Assembly: GCA_965217865.1 (NCBI GenBank)
Contig: CBDCJO010000002.1
Location: forward strand, 704,001-768,000
Reading direction: 5' to 3'
Length of the DNA stretch: 64,000 nucleotides
Source of the DNA: Candidatus Latescibacterota bacterium
GTDB lineage: Bacteria > Latescibacterota > UBA2968 > SICM01
Below are positions 39,619 through 48,159 of the stretch, in pieces. Under the pieces are notes generated by a model. That model saw only the letters and a list, made by a program, of their open reading frames with translations. It was not told the origin of the DNA and ran no database searches. Position 1 is the first letter of the stretch; each line of letters opens with the position of its first letter. Both the position numbers and the translations under genes were made by a program.

Positions 39619-41751
39619 TCCCGCCCCATCACCCCCCTCAGGATCCGCGTTGACCAGGAAAAAGCGCACGCCGAACAGACCCGTCGAAAGCGTCAGCTTC
39701 ACACGCTTGCCCGGCTCCGTAAATACCACACCCATCGTCGGCTCCTCCTCCCGATAATGGGCTCTTGCCGTTTCGAAAAAATATCCATAATGCTGGGGGA
39801 CCGAATTCCCCGCGTCCATAACCACGATGTCCGAAAGCCGCCCAAGCTGTCGGGGGTCCACCGTCTCGTAGAACGACGTCGGAACGCACCGGAACAGCAC
39901 CACAAGCGGCTTCTCAAGCCCCCATTTGGTTTTAACCTCGATCGGGTAGTCCGCTCCCCGGTCCGGGGCGTGGGTGATCTCCCCGGTGACCGGGTTTCGC
40001 AAGAAGGGGTGTATCTCCAGCGGCCAGTACTCCCGGAAAATCCGGGTAACCTTGAAGATCCCGTGTTCGTTCGCCAGCTCGAAGAACTCCCCCCGCACCC
40101 CCTTGGCGGACTTCGACTCCCGGCCCGATCGTACGGCCACGATCGCCCCACCCATTTCGATGTCGGGTGTGATCGCGTACCGGGAGAACCCCTTCACACG
40201 CCCCTCAACCCCCCAGGAATCGTCTTTCATCTCCAGGTTGAGAACGTCGCCGAGCGCATCCGCCTTATTCAGGACCTGTGATACCAACCCCCCGATGAAG
40301 ACCAGCTGCGTCCGGAGGTTGTCGAAATTGACCCCTTCGATCCGGTCCAGCGGAGAATCCACATCCAGACGGGCGTCGTAGGAGGTGATCAAAGACAGCG
40401 CAGGGGTACCGCACGCGAGCGCATACTCGCTCTCGATCGGAAGCGGACGGCCCGGAATCAGCTCCCCCCAGGACTGGTCGCTCTGCTGTGAAGCGATCAC
40501 ATTGGCGAACACGTCCTCCAACTCGCGTCCCATCCCGGCAGCAACCTCCTCCGCCATCGATGCCAAACGGCGTCCCAACGACACACCGAAGAAATTCTTC
40601 GCGCGCGAGAACTGAGTGGCGCCCATCTTCTCCCTGGTATCCCAGGCCGCCAGCCCATCGTTGCCGCTCGACAGGTCCAGACCCAGGAACAGCTTCGGAA
40701 ACACAGGCTCGATTACGCTTTCTAGGAACGGTTCTTTCTTCCGGCTGTGACGCTGCATGTACGCGTCGACCCCACGGAGGTTCTGGCAGTGACCCGACGT
40801 CGCCAGAAACAGAACCGTCCGCGCAGGGGGATGCGCGCGAAGCATCTCCCCCAGCTCAAGCAAACCCGCGATACCGCAAGCCATCTCCGCCGCAGGCGCA
40901 AGGGAGGGCACAACCGACATCCCATCGTAATAGGCCGAGAGCATCACCTCCTGATCCCTCAGATCCGGATCCGATCCCGGTAACCTCCCCACAACGTTGT
41001 AGCCCCTCCGGACCTCCCAGTCCATACGACCCTTCACCTCAACCTCTAAGCCTCCATCCGCAAGGCCCCTCAAACGCTCTCCCGCATCCCGGTCCACGTA
41101 AAACCGCGGCATCGCAACCGGAACCTCGGCGAACTTGCCCTCCGCCTGACCTGTCGTCGTGCTTTCGGGCGCGATGAAAACGACCGCACCGGCCCCCAGA
41201 ATCCCCGCATTAATCCACCGGCCCCCGCTGTTGAAGTCCATCAAAACCACGTTCCCCGAGACATCATGTCCGTCGAAACCCGAAAACTCTCCGTCCCCCA
41301 CGTAGATCAGGCGGCCCCGGACCCCCGGCGTCGTCGGTGTCCGAACCAAATTGGGCCAGACGCACCGGAGCTGGATCTCCTCCCCGGACTCCAAAAGACG
41401 AAGGGACGCACCCTTGTCCACCGGAACCGTCACATCAAACGCCTCCTGGTGAACGTCCTGCATTCCCAGCCGGAGAAACTCCGATTCCAGGAAGTCCGCC
41501 GACGCCTTGGCACCCGGATATCCCGTCACCCGCGAACCGACCGACGACAGACGGGCGACCGTGGAACGCAACCGATCCACCGACACCTCAGGGAGAAAGA
41601 CATCCACCCCGATATGGGCGGCCTTCTTCTCCTCGGACCGATAGGTCCAACTCCTGAAGAAATGGACCAGTCCCACGAGGACGCCGAACAGAACGACCCC
41701 TATGGCGATCGTGGAAAGGATTTTCGGGAAATGTGATTGGGATGTCGACAT
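37225..41751 (-). CDS. PA + M28-like ectodomain / FtsX-like permease fusion, paralog 1 (1508 aa)
   Basis: Same architecture; C-terminal half nearly identical to 32554..37083. Confidence 0.85.
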   Translation of the reverse strand: MSTSQSHFPKILSTIAIGVVLFGVLVGLVHFFRSWTYRSEEKKAAHIGVDVFLPEVSVDRLRSTVARLSSVGSRVTGYPGAKASADFLESEFLRLGMQDVHQEAFDVTVPVDKGASLRLLESGEEIQLRCVWPNLVRTPTTPGVRGRLIYVGDGEFSGFDGHDVSGNVVLMDFNSGGRWINAGILGAGAVVFIAPESTTTGQAEGKFAEVPVAMPRFYVDRDAGERLRGLADGGLEVEVKGRMDWEVRRGYNVVGRLPGSDPDLRDQEVMLSAYYDGMSVVPSLAPAAEMACGIAGLLELGEMLRAHPPARTVLFLATSGHCQNLRGVDAYMQRHSRKKEPFLESVIEPVFPKLFLGLDLSSGNDGLAAWDTREKMGATQFSRAKNFFGVSLGRRLASMAEEVAAGMGRELEDVFANVIASQQSDQSWGELIPGRPLPIESEYALACGTPALSLITSYDARLDVDSPLDRIEGVNFDNLRTQLVFIGGLVSQVLNKADALGDVLNLEMKDDSWGVEGRVKGFSRYAITPDIEMGGAIVAVRSGRESKSAKGVRGEFFELANEHGIFKVTRIFREYWPLEIHPFLRNPVTGEITHAPDRGADYPIEVKTKWGLEKPLVVLFRCVPTSFYETVDPRQLGRLSDIVVMDAGNSVPQHYGYFFETARAHYREEEPTMGVVFTEPGKRVKLTLSTGLFGVRFFLVNADPEGGDGAGFLTEVPSAFVQTAYKAARDMWRVDDGRIRELLSYGIENTRLTALHDKAGGHLREAEEALKERRWSGFIQNARAAQGAEARAYPDVKGTQNDVIHGVVFFMAMLIPCSFFAERLVFAFADIRKQIAGFFGFFFFVWFCLSVVHPAFSLANPALVLVAFLILALATLVLKVISSRFSAQMRALRTDAAVAHGTDIGRGSAFYVAFMLGISNMRRRKLRTSLTLVTVLLLTFTVMSFTSLKFMLRHMRIPWTEGPFRAGAMIRDGAWKELDDSVLEYTSDEFRDVGRVVPRAWYTKATKIQGGGRSVEAASVVGMVPEERLITGIDSCLSSGRWIAGNAECVIPDSMAGDLGLTGEDVGRSTVRVFGRELAVVGIMDSERLKGLEDLDGAPLTPVDFGVVPEDVLAEQLQQGATSQRAAQQQSGRTAGSTVGIHVYKHLNPGRVLFLPYHLMREMGRVGHWLGGTTGDLRSIAVGFDEGVDVGKVVESFVSRLELTVFGSIPQESGPSEVFVFSSHGMTSVSGLGILLIPIAIAALIVLNTMMGAVYERFRDIGVYSAVGLAPSHIGMLFMAESCVYAVIGAVGGYLVAQGVGRVLFESGLLQGLSLNYSSLSAVMAMGLVMSVVMLSTLYPSKKASQMAVPDVMRRWELSDPEGDHWRFEFPFTVSSRDVRGMFSFLATYFRAYSRYSLGEFYAEGVSFREEETPEGPSYTIQMQTWLAPFDMGVSQETVLRAMPTGRYGIYEIETVLDRMSGELQAWIRTNRQFLTLLRKQFLIWRTLSDQVRDEYAKKGGFGSRPHC

Positions 41752-41773
41752 TCGGATAATTGGGAAGGGAGGA

Positions 41774-41874
41774 CCCCTCCCCCCGACCTCTCCCCTAAAG
41801 GAGAGGGGAGATCATGTGTTTGAATTTCGGTGAAATAAAGGCCATATCCCCCTTCCCTAAAGGGAAGGGGGTTT
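41774..41874. repeat. Empty DUF559-associated palindromic element
   Basis: Matches the left (60304-60368) and right (~60756-60798) flanks of the DUF559 gene, joined together. Confidence 0.7.
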
Positions 41875-41901
41875 GATTTTTGCCTTTGCACTTTTTATTT
41901 T

Positions 41902-43755
41902 TTATTTTGCACTTTCCTCCCCTGCCTCCCCTTCCCGCATGGTCAGGAAACGATCCGCCTGAACTGACTCGAACCGTTCCACCAGGCCGCTCGGCCAGCG
42001 AATGAGAAGAGAGTCCACCTCCACGACAGATCCGATACCGAAGTGAAGTCGAAAATCCGTATGCGACATATAGCTGGATCCGCTCCGGACCTCCTTCACC
42101 TGTTTTTGCCCATCCGCCCATAAGGTCACCCGCCCCCCGATGCCGCTCCGATTGGAAAGGCGAGATTCGGATGACGGAGGTCGGATTTCGGACCCACCTC
42201 CACCCCCGACCTCTAACCCTTGACCTCCGACTTCTGACCTCTGACCTCCGACACCTGACCCCTGACCCCTGGCTCCCCCCACAAGCTTCACGGTCAACCA
42301 GTGATTCTGATTCCCCCCTTCGTTCCTCAGGAGTGTCGCCGGGCTGTTGTTGTTGTTGATAAAGATATCCACGTCTCCATCGTTGTCATAGTCCCCGAAC
42401 GTCGCTCCCCGGCTCACGCGAGGCACGGACAGGGCTTTCCCCGACGTCTCGGATACTTCCGTATATTTTCCCTTCCCCGAGTTGCGGAACAGAAGGGAAG
42501 GCTGGGCGTAGGAGCTGCCGAATAAATTTGCGTTGTGCAGAGCGTGGCCGTTGACGATATATACGTCGGGCCAACTGTCGTTGTCGTAATCCAGGAAATT
42601 GACGCCCCAGTGAACGTAAGGATACGTCGGGCGATCCAGCCCGGATGCGCTGGATGCATCCGAGAACATCCCGTTCCCTTCGTTGCGGTAAAGACCCACG
42701 CCTTCCCACTGGAAATGCGTCACGACCAGGTCCTGCCAACCGTCCCCGTCGTAGTCCCCGAAATCCGCCCCCATGCTCGCCATCGGGTAGCCCTCCACAT
42801 TGTAGGCCAGCCCCGCGAGAAGAGCGATGTCCTCGAAAGTCCCGTCTCCCCTGTTTCGATAAAAATAATCAGCCACCGTGTCGTTTGCCACATAGATGTC
42901 CACGTCCCCGTCGTTATCGTAGTCTGTGCAGACCAGTCCCATCCCCCTTCCCAAAGGGCTCAACACCCCCGCCGACTTCGTCACGTCCGTAAATGTCCCA
43001 TCACCGTTGTTGTGATACAGGCGGTCGAAGTCGCCCGGAAATATTCCTGGATGGGGATAGAACTTGGTATCGGTTGGGACGGAAGAGCTGGGGACCCCAT
43101 AGGGCAGGAGGTTATCGTAAGCAGCGAAGACCGAGTAGTCCACGTAGTTTGCGACGTAGAGGTCTAAATTACCGTCATTGTCATAATCCAAAAAGGCGCA
43201 GCCGACGCCCCACGCGAAATCTCCGGCCACACCCGCAAGCCTAGCTACATCCCTGAACGTCCCATCTCCGTTGTTGCGGAACAGGCTGTTGATGCCGTAA
43301 CACGTCACGTAGATGTCATCGTACCCGTCGTTATCGTAGTCCCCAACACAGCACCCCATCCCGTAATCCGTCACCGCCACACCCGCCGATGACGTGACAT
43401 CCGAAAAGGTCCCGTCCCCCTCGTTTCGGTAGAGCCGATTCCGCGGAAGTTTCCCTTCATAGCCGGGCAGCACACCTCCATCCACGGCAAAGATATCCAG
43501 CCAGCCGTCGTTGTCGTAGTCCAGAAACGCACAACCCGAACCCACGGTTTCGACAAAGTAACGCTCCCCGGTACCGCCGTGGATATGGCGAAAGTCAATC
43601 CCGGATGATTGTGTCACGTCCACGAAACGGGGTGGATCAGCGTCGGCCGTGAGGCTCCAGCCGAACAGCAGGAAAACCGACCACGAAAGAGAACGTGAAG
43701 CGTATCTCGTGAAGCGTGAAGCGGGAGAGTCACACCAAAAGATCACCGTTTGCAT
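41902..43755 (-). CDS. CRTAC1-family (FG-GAP + ASPIC/UnbV) secreted protein
   Basis: Repeated DYDNDG, LYRNEGDGTF; SGSSYMS..DFRLHFGIG..IRWPSG. Confidence 0.92.
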   Translation of the reverse strand: MQTVIFWCDSPASRFTRYASRSLSWSVFLLFGWSLTADADPPRFVDVTQSSGIDFRHIHGGTGERYFVETVGSGCAFLDYDNDGWLDIFAVDGGVLPGYEGKLPRNRLYRNEGDGTFSDVTSSAGVAVTDYGMGCCVGDYDNDGYDDIYVTCYGINSLFRNNGDGTFRDVARLAGVAGDFAWGVGCAFLDYDNDGNLDLYVANYVDYSVFAAYDNLLPYGVPSSSVPTDTKFYPHPGIFPGDFDRLYHNNGDGTFTDVTKSAGVLSPLGRGMGLVCTDYDNDGDVDIYVANDTVADYFYRNRGDGTFEDIALLAGLAYNVEGYPMASMGADFGDYDGDGWQDLVVTHFQWEGVGLYRNEGNGMFSDASSASGLDRPTYPYVHWGVNFLDYDNDSWPDVYIVNGHALHNANLFGSSYAQPSLLFRNSGKGKYTEVSETSGKALSVPRVSRGATFGDYDNDGDVDIFINNNNSPATLLRNEGGNQNHWLTVKLVGGARGQGSGVGGQRSEVGGQGLEVGGGGGSEIRPPSSESRLSNRSGIGGRVTLWADGQKQVKEVRSGSSYMSHTDFRLHFGIGSVVEVDSLLIRWPSGLVERFESVQADRFLTMREGEAGEESAK

Positions 43756-43778
43756 TTTTCATTTTCCATTTTCCATTT

Positions 43779-45626
43779 TCACTTTGCAATTTCCTCCCCT
43801 GCCTCCCCTTCCCGTACCACGATAAATCGGTTAGCAGGAACCTTTCCAATGCGGCTAACCAGACCGCTCGGCCATCGAATCCGAACCGAATCTGCCATCG
43901 CTGCCGATCCGAGCCCAAAGTGAAGCCGAAAGTCGTTCTGCGATAGGTAGCTCGATCCGCTCCGGACCTCTTTCACCTGTTGCCGCCCATCCGTCCACAC
44001 CGTCACCCGCGCGCCGATGCCATTCCGATTCGAAAGGTGGGGGCTGGATGCCGGATGTCGGATGTCGGGGCCACCCCCATCCCTGACCCTTGCCCCCTGA
44101 CTTCTGACCTCCGACCTCTGACCCCCGACCAACTTCACCATCAACCAGTGATTCCGATTCCCTCCGTCGTTCCTCAGGAGCGTCGCCGGGCTGTTATTGT
44201 TGTTGATGAAGACATCCACGTCGCCGTCATTGTCAAAATCCCCGAATGCGGCCCCTCTTCCCACCGCGGCCGATTCGAATCCGGAACCGGCCTCATCTGA
44301 GATATCCACAAACCGTCCCTTCCCCGTATTTCGCAGGAGGAGGCGGCGCTGTCTATAGGCAGCGCCGGGGTCGAACAGATCGATGTTATCCAGAACGTGT
44401 CCGTTCACAGAGAAGAGGTCCGACCAACCATCGTTGTCACAGTCCACAAAGGACACCCCCCATCCCAGCCTCTTTAGACTCGGCCCCCGGACGCCTGAAG
44501 GCATCGAGATATCCGAAAAATATGTGCTCCCTTCGTTCCGGTAGAGCGAAACCCCTTCATCCTGGAAATTCGTCACGACCAGATCCGGAAGACCGTCTCC
44601 GTCGTAATCCCCGGCATCCACTCCCATGCTGGCCTGTGCGCCGCCAACCTCGTTGTAACCCACACCGGAGTAGAGCCCCACCTCCTCGAAGATCCAATCT
44701 CCTCCTCCGCTTCCCCCCGGATTTGGAGTTGCGGATTTCGGATTGCGGGCTCTCCCGTCATTCCGGAACAGGAAATTCGGGGTCATGTCGTTGCCCACAA
44801 AAAGGTCGGAATCCCCGTCTTCATCGAAGTCCAGGGCCACCGCTCCCAGGCCTTTCCCGGTATGCCTGCCCAGACCCGGATCCTGGTCCGAAAACGTCCC
44901 GTCCCCGTTGTTTCTATAGAGGATGCCCGGGAGCCCCGGAAAATTAATCGGATGCGGGTATGAGCGCTCTTCCGGCCTCTCGGAGGCGGCCCGTTCCGCT
45001 ACACTGGTCGCGTAGGGGGTCAGATCCCGTTCCGCGTCGGACAGTTCGTAGATCAGGTACCCGGCGATGAAAAGGTCCAGATATCCGTCCCCGTCATAGT
45101 CGAAAAAGACGCACCCGGTATTCCAGGGGGTATGCCCTTTTGGGAGCCGGGAATGGATGCCCGCGCTCTCCGAGACCTCGGAAAAAGTTCCGTCCCCCTC
45201 GTTGTGAAAGAGCGAGTTCCTTCCATAGGCTGTGACCAGCAGGTCGTCGAATCCATCGTTATCGTAATCCCCGACACAACACCCCATTCCATAATCCGTC
45301 ACGCCCACCCCGGCATGCTTTGTGACATCCCGGAACCTCCCATCCCCTTCGTTGCGATAAAGGGCGTTGATGGGGCGCTCACCGGTGTATCCGGGAAGAC
45401 GCCCGCCGTTGACAGCGAAGATATCCAACCATCCGTCGTTATCGTAGTCCAGCGCAGCGCATCCCGCCCCCATCGTCTCAACGAAATACTTCTTTCCCGT
45501 CCCCCCGTGAATGTGCCGGAAGTCTATGCCGGAACTGGCGGTTACGTCTAAAAAACGGATCGGTATGCCTTCATCCGCAAAGGATGTAATATATGACGCA
45601 AATAACAAAATGCAAATGAATTTCAC
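43779..45626 (-). CDS. CRTAC1-family (FG-GAP + ASPIC/UnbV) secreted protein
   Basis: Same motifs; SGSSYLSQNDFRLHFGLG; likely GTG start at 45626. Confidence 0.92.
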   Translation of the reverse strand: MKFICILLFASYITSFADEGIPIRFLDVTASSGIDFRHIHGGTGKKYFVETMGAGCAALDYDNDGWLDIFAVNGGRLPGYTGERPINALYRNEGDGRFRDVTKHAGVGVTDYGMGCCVGDYDNDGFDDLLVTAYGRNSLFHNEGDGTFSEVSESAGIHSRLPKGHTPWNTGCVFFDYDGDGYLDLFIAGYLIYELSDAERDLTPYATSVAERAASERPEERSYPHPINFPGLPGILYRNNGDGTFSDQDPGLGRHTGKGLGAVALDFDEDGDSDLFVGNDMTPNFLFRNDGRARNPKSATPNPGGSGGGDWIFEEVGLYSGVGYNEVGGAQASMGVDAGDYDGDGLPDLVVTNFQDEGVSLYRNEGSTYFSDISMPSGVRGPSLKRLGWGVSFVDCDNDGWSDLFSVNGHVLDNIDLFDPGAAYRQRRLLLRNTGKGRFVDISDEAGSGFESAAVGRGAAFGDFDNDGDVDVFINNNNSPATLLRNDGGNRNHWLMVKLVGGQRSEVRSQGARVRDGGGPDIRHPASSPHLSNRNGIGARVTVWTDGRQQVKEVRSGSSYLSQNDFRLHFGLGSAAMADSVRIRWPSGLVSRIGKVPANRFIVVREGEAGEEIAK

Positions 45627-45680
45627 GATAAAACCTGAGGACTCAAGTAGCTTGGCAAGGACAGCCAAAAACGGGTGGGG

Positions 45681-46110
45681 GTAGGAGCGCGCTCCTGATG
45701 GCGAACAGGAATGGGTTTTCGCCGCCGGGAGTTTGTGATTCGTTTATGATCTATGCGGATTTATTGAGGAGTGGTCAATCCAATCGCGTAACCGTTTCAT
45801 ATCACCAATTCAACTGACCGACCTGTTTCCGGGAGGGCCCGCGGCCGCGCGGGCAGTAATTGGTTAACCGATGGGGATAACGCCTTCCCCCTAATCAAAT
45901 CCCATCACCATTACAATTCATGCATTTCCCAGAAAACCGCCAAACCTTTGACCCCATTGGGAATCTCGAAACCCCTGACCTTAACGGCCGGGATGTTAGC
46001 GGACGCCGAGGCCGGCGTCCCTCCCATCTATTCGCGTCACCGTTTCATATGTCCAATTCAACTGAACCGACCAGGTTCTGGAGGTTTTCGCCGCCGGGAG
46101 GCGGCTCCTA
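45681..46110. repeat. REP-like inverted pair enclosing short direct duplications
   Basis: GTAGGAGCG... and ...GGCGGCTCCTAC; GGTTTTCGCCGCCGGGAG and CCGTTTCATAT..CCAATTCAACTGA each occur twice. Confidence 0.55.
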
Positions 46111-46242
46111 CCATACTGGCTTTGACTTTATTTTTCACCATACCCCCATTCTCCCAACCCCTGCTTTTTACATTTCTTGGTACTGCCACCTGCTACTGCC
46201 TTTCCTGACTTCCGACCCCTGCCTCTGACCCCCCCCCCCGCC

Positions 46243-47748
46243 TCATTCGGTCCGCTTGAACAGAAAGACCCCCTTTTTCGTCTCGACCAGTCCGCTGAGC
46301 TCCCCGATCTTCAGATCCTTAATTGCTTCATAAATTTGATGCTCCATGTCCGAGGGCAGGACGAATCCAAGATCCTGTCCCTGGAACTTCGTGCCCTTCT
46401 CGATCCGTGCGCGCATGGCGGCACCCTTCTCGCGGGACGACGCCAGGATCATCGACAGCCGGATTTTACCCGCCTTAATGGCCTGTTCCCTCCTGACCTC
46501 GGACCCGACGCGTCCCCGCTCCGATTCCCGTTTCTGGGCCTTCACGATCTGGATCGCATCCCGAATTCGGAGATCGCCGGGGGAGATCCTCAGGGCGTCC
46601 TTGAAGACCTCCTCCGCCATTTCCCATCGTCCTGATGAGGCATAGGCCACACCCAGGTTGTAATAGGATCCTGTAAACTCCGGCCGAACGCGGATCGCCT
46701 CCCGGTACACGGATGTGGCCTCATCGAACTGCCCCCGTTCCGTGTAGAGGTTCCCCAGGTTGTTGTAGGCTTCCACCAGGCCTGGCTGGACGCCGATCGC
46801 CTTCCGGTACGCGGAGACCGCATCCTCGAAGCGCTCGATCTCCCGATAGACGTTTCCCAGGTTCACGTACGCCGCCCCATAATCCGGGCTCACCAACACG
46901 GCGCGTCGGTAGGACGCCACGGCTTGATCTAAGCGTCCCGCAGCCCGGTGACCGTTTCCGATGCCATACTGCGCCTCCGCGTAGTCCGGGGCGATCCGCG
47001 CGGCATCCGAGTAAGCCTCGAAGGCCTTCTCCGGACGCCCCTTCTGGGACAGAAGGCTGCCGTAAAGATAGAGGGCCTCCGCGTGTCCCGGATTCAGGCG
47101 AACGGCCTCTTCACAAACCGCAATCGACCTGTCGGTCCGGCCCAGGCCGCTCAGCGCAAGCGCGAAGAGATACTGCGCGTCTGCGTCCCCCTGCCGCGCC
47201 CTTGCGGCCTTCTGTGAGGCCTTCAAGAACCCTCGCCTTGCCCGTTCCGGCCCCGGGTCGATCCGGATGGCTACCCGGTATGCGGCCGCGGACCCATCGT
47301 AGTCCCCTTCACACCACAAGGCGTCCCCAATGCCCGCGTAAGCTTCAATATCGTAGGGGTTCAGAATCAGGTTTCGGCGGCAGACCTCCAGGGCCTCCTT
47401 GCACCGGCCCAACCCGATCAACCCGGCGGCATGACCGTGAAGCGCTACCAGATCCTCCGGGTCGAACCAGAGGATAGCCCGGCTCGCCTTGACCAAGGCC
47501 GAGCAGATATCGGGGTCCCTTGGGGAAAGGCGATGGGCCTCCCGGCACGACGCCAGGGCCTTGTAGGTCATCCCCTCACGGAGGTGCTGCTCCCCTTTTA
47601 GGAGGTGATCCCTGGCCGTGGGCGTTGCCCCGAACGATGGAACGGAGATGGCCGTGAGCAGGAGGGGAAAACAGAAATTGAAAATTGAAAATTGAAAATT
47701 GCGAATATTGAATGAATTCAAGTTCAATACCGGTGATGGAGATATCAA
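46243..47748 (-). CDS. Secreted TPR protein with a C-terminal degenerate parvulin-like domain
   Basis: 34-aa TPRs (AYNNLGNLY...); tail GQDLGFV...LKIGELSGLVETKKGVFLFKR. Confidence 0.82.
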   Translation of the reverse strand: MISPSPVLNLNSFNIRNFQFSIFNFCFPLLLTAISVPSFGATPTARDHLLKGEQHLREGMTYKALASCREAHRLSPRDPDICSALVKASRAILWFDPEDLVALHGHAAGLIGLGRCKEALEVCRRNLILNPYDIEAYAGIGDALWCEGDYDGSAAAYRVAIRIDPGPERARRGFLKASQKAARARQGDADAQYLFALALSGLGRTDRSIAVCEEAVRLNPGHAEALYLYGSLLSQKGRPEKAFEAYSDAARIAPDYAEAQYGIGNGHRAAGRLDQAVASYRRAVLVSPDYGAAYVNLGNVYREIERFEDAVSAYRKAIGVQPGLVEAYNNLGNLYTERGQFDEATSVYREAIRVRPEFTGSYYNLGVAYASSGRWEMAEEVFKDALRISPGDLRIRDAIQIVKAQKRESERGRVGSEVRREQAIKAGKIRLSMILASSREKGAAMRARIEKGTKFQGQDLGFVLPSDMEHQIYEAIKDLKIGELSGLVETKKGVFLFKRTE

Positions 47749-47860
47749 ATCAAAAGATCGTTTTCGCCGCCAGGATTCTCTTTTTTACAAATTCCTTCTT
47801 GAAACCCCTCCCCCGGCCCCTCCCCTACACCAATTTTGTTTGCCCGCCCGATTCTCGTAT

Positions 47861-48060
47861 TGGGCGAGGCGATACCTCGCCCGGTGATTCGTCCACATCC
47901 CTTCGACGGGCGACCACATCGGGTCGCCCCTACGCCAAATCATTGGGCCTTGGGGGCTAGGTGATGCCTGATCGAATTATGTCTGTTCGTCAAAACTATC
48001 CTGAATTTGATTGGCCTCGATAGGGGCACGGCATGCCGTGCCCCTACACCAATTTTATTT
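47861..48060. repeat. Composite REP-like palindrome cluster, copy B
   Basis: Shares TCGTCCACATCCCTTCGACGGGCGACCACATCGGGTCGCCCCTAC and TAGGGGCACGGCATGCCGTGCCCCTAC with copy A. Confidence 0.85.
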
Positions 48061-48085
48061 GTCCACCCGCCCCCCCCATCCACCG

Positions 48086-48133
48086 ATAAAAAGACGGGCA
48101 CCCTTCGCCTCCGCGAGGCAAAGGATGCCCGTC
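48086..48133 (-). terminator. Rho-independent terminator after the PorV-like gene
   Basis: Minus strand GACGGGCATCCTT...AAGGGTGCCCGTC followed by TTTTTAT, ~27 nt after the stop. Confidence 0.8.
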
Positions 48134-48159
48134 AGATCCATCACACCCCTACGGTTGTC

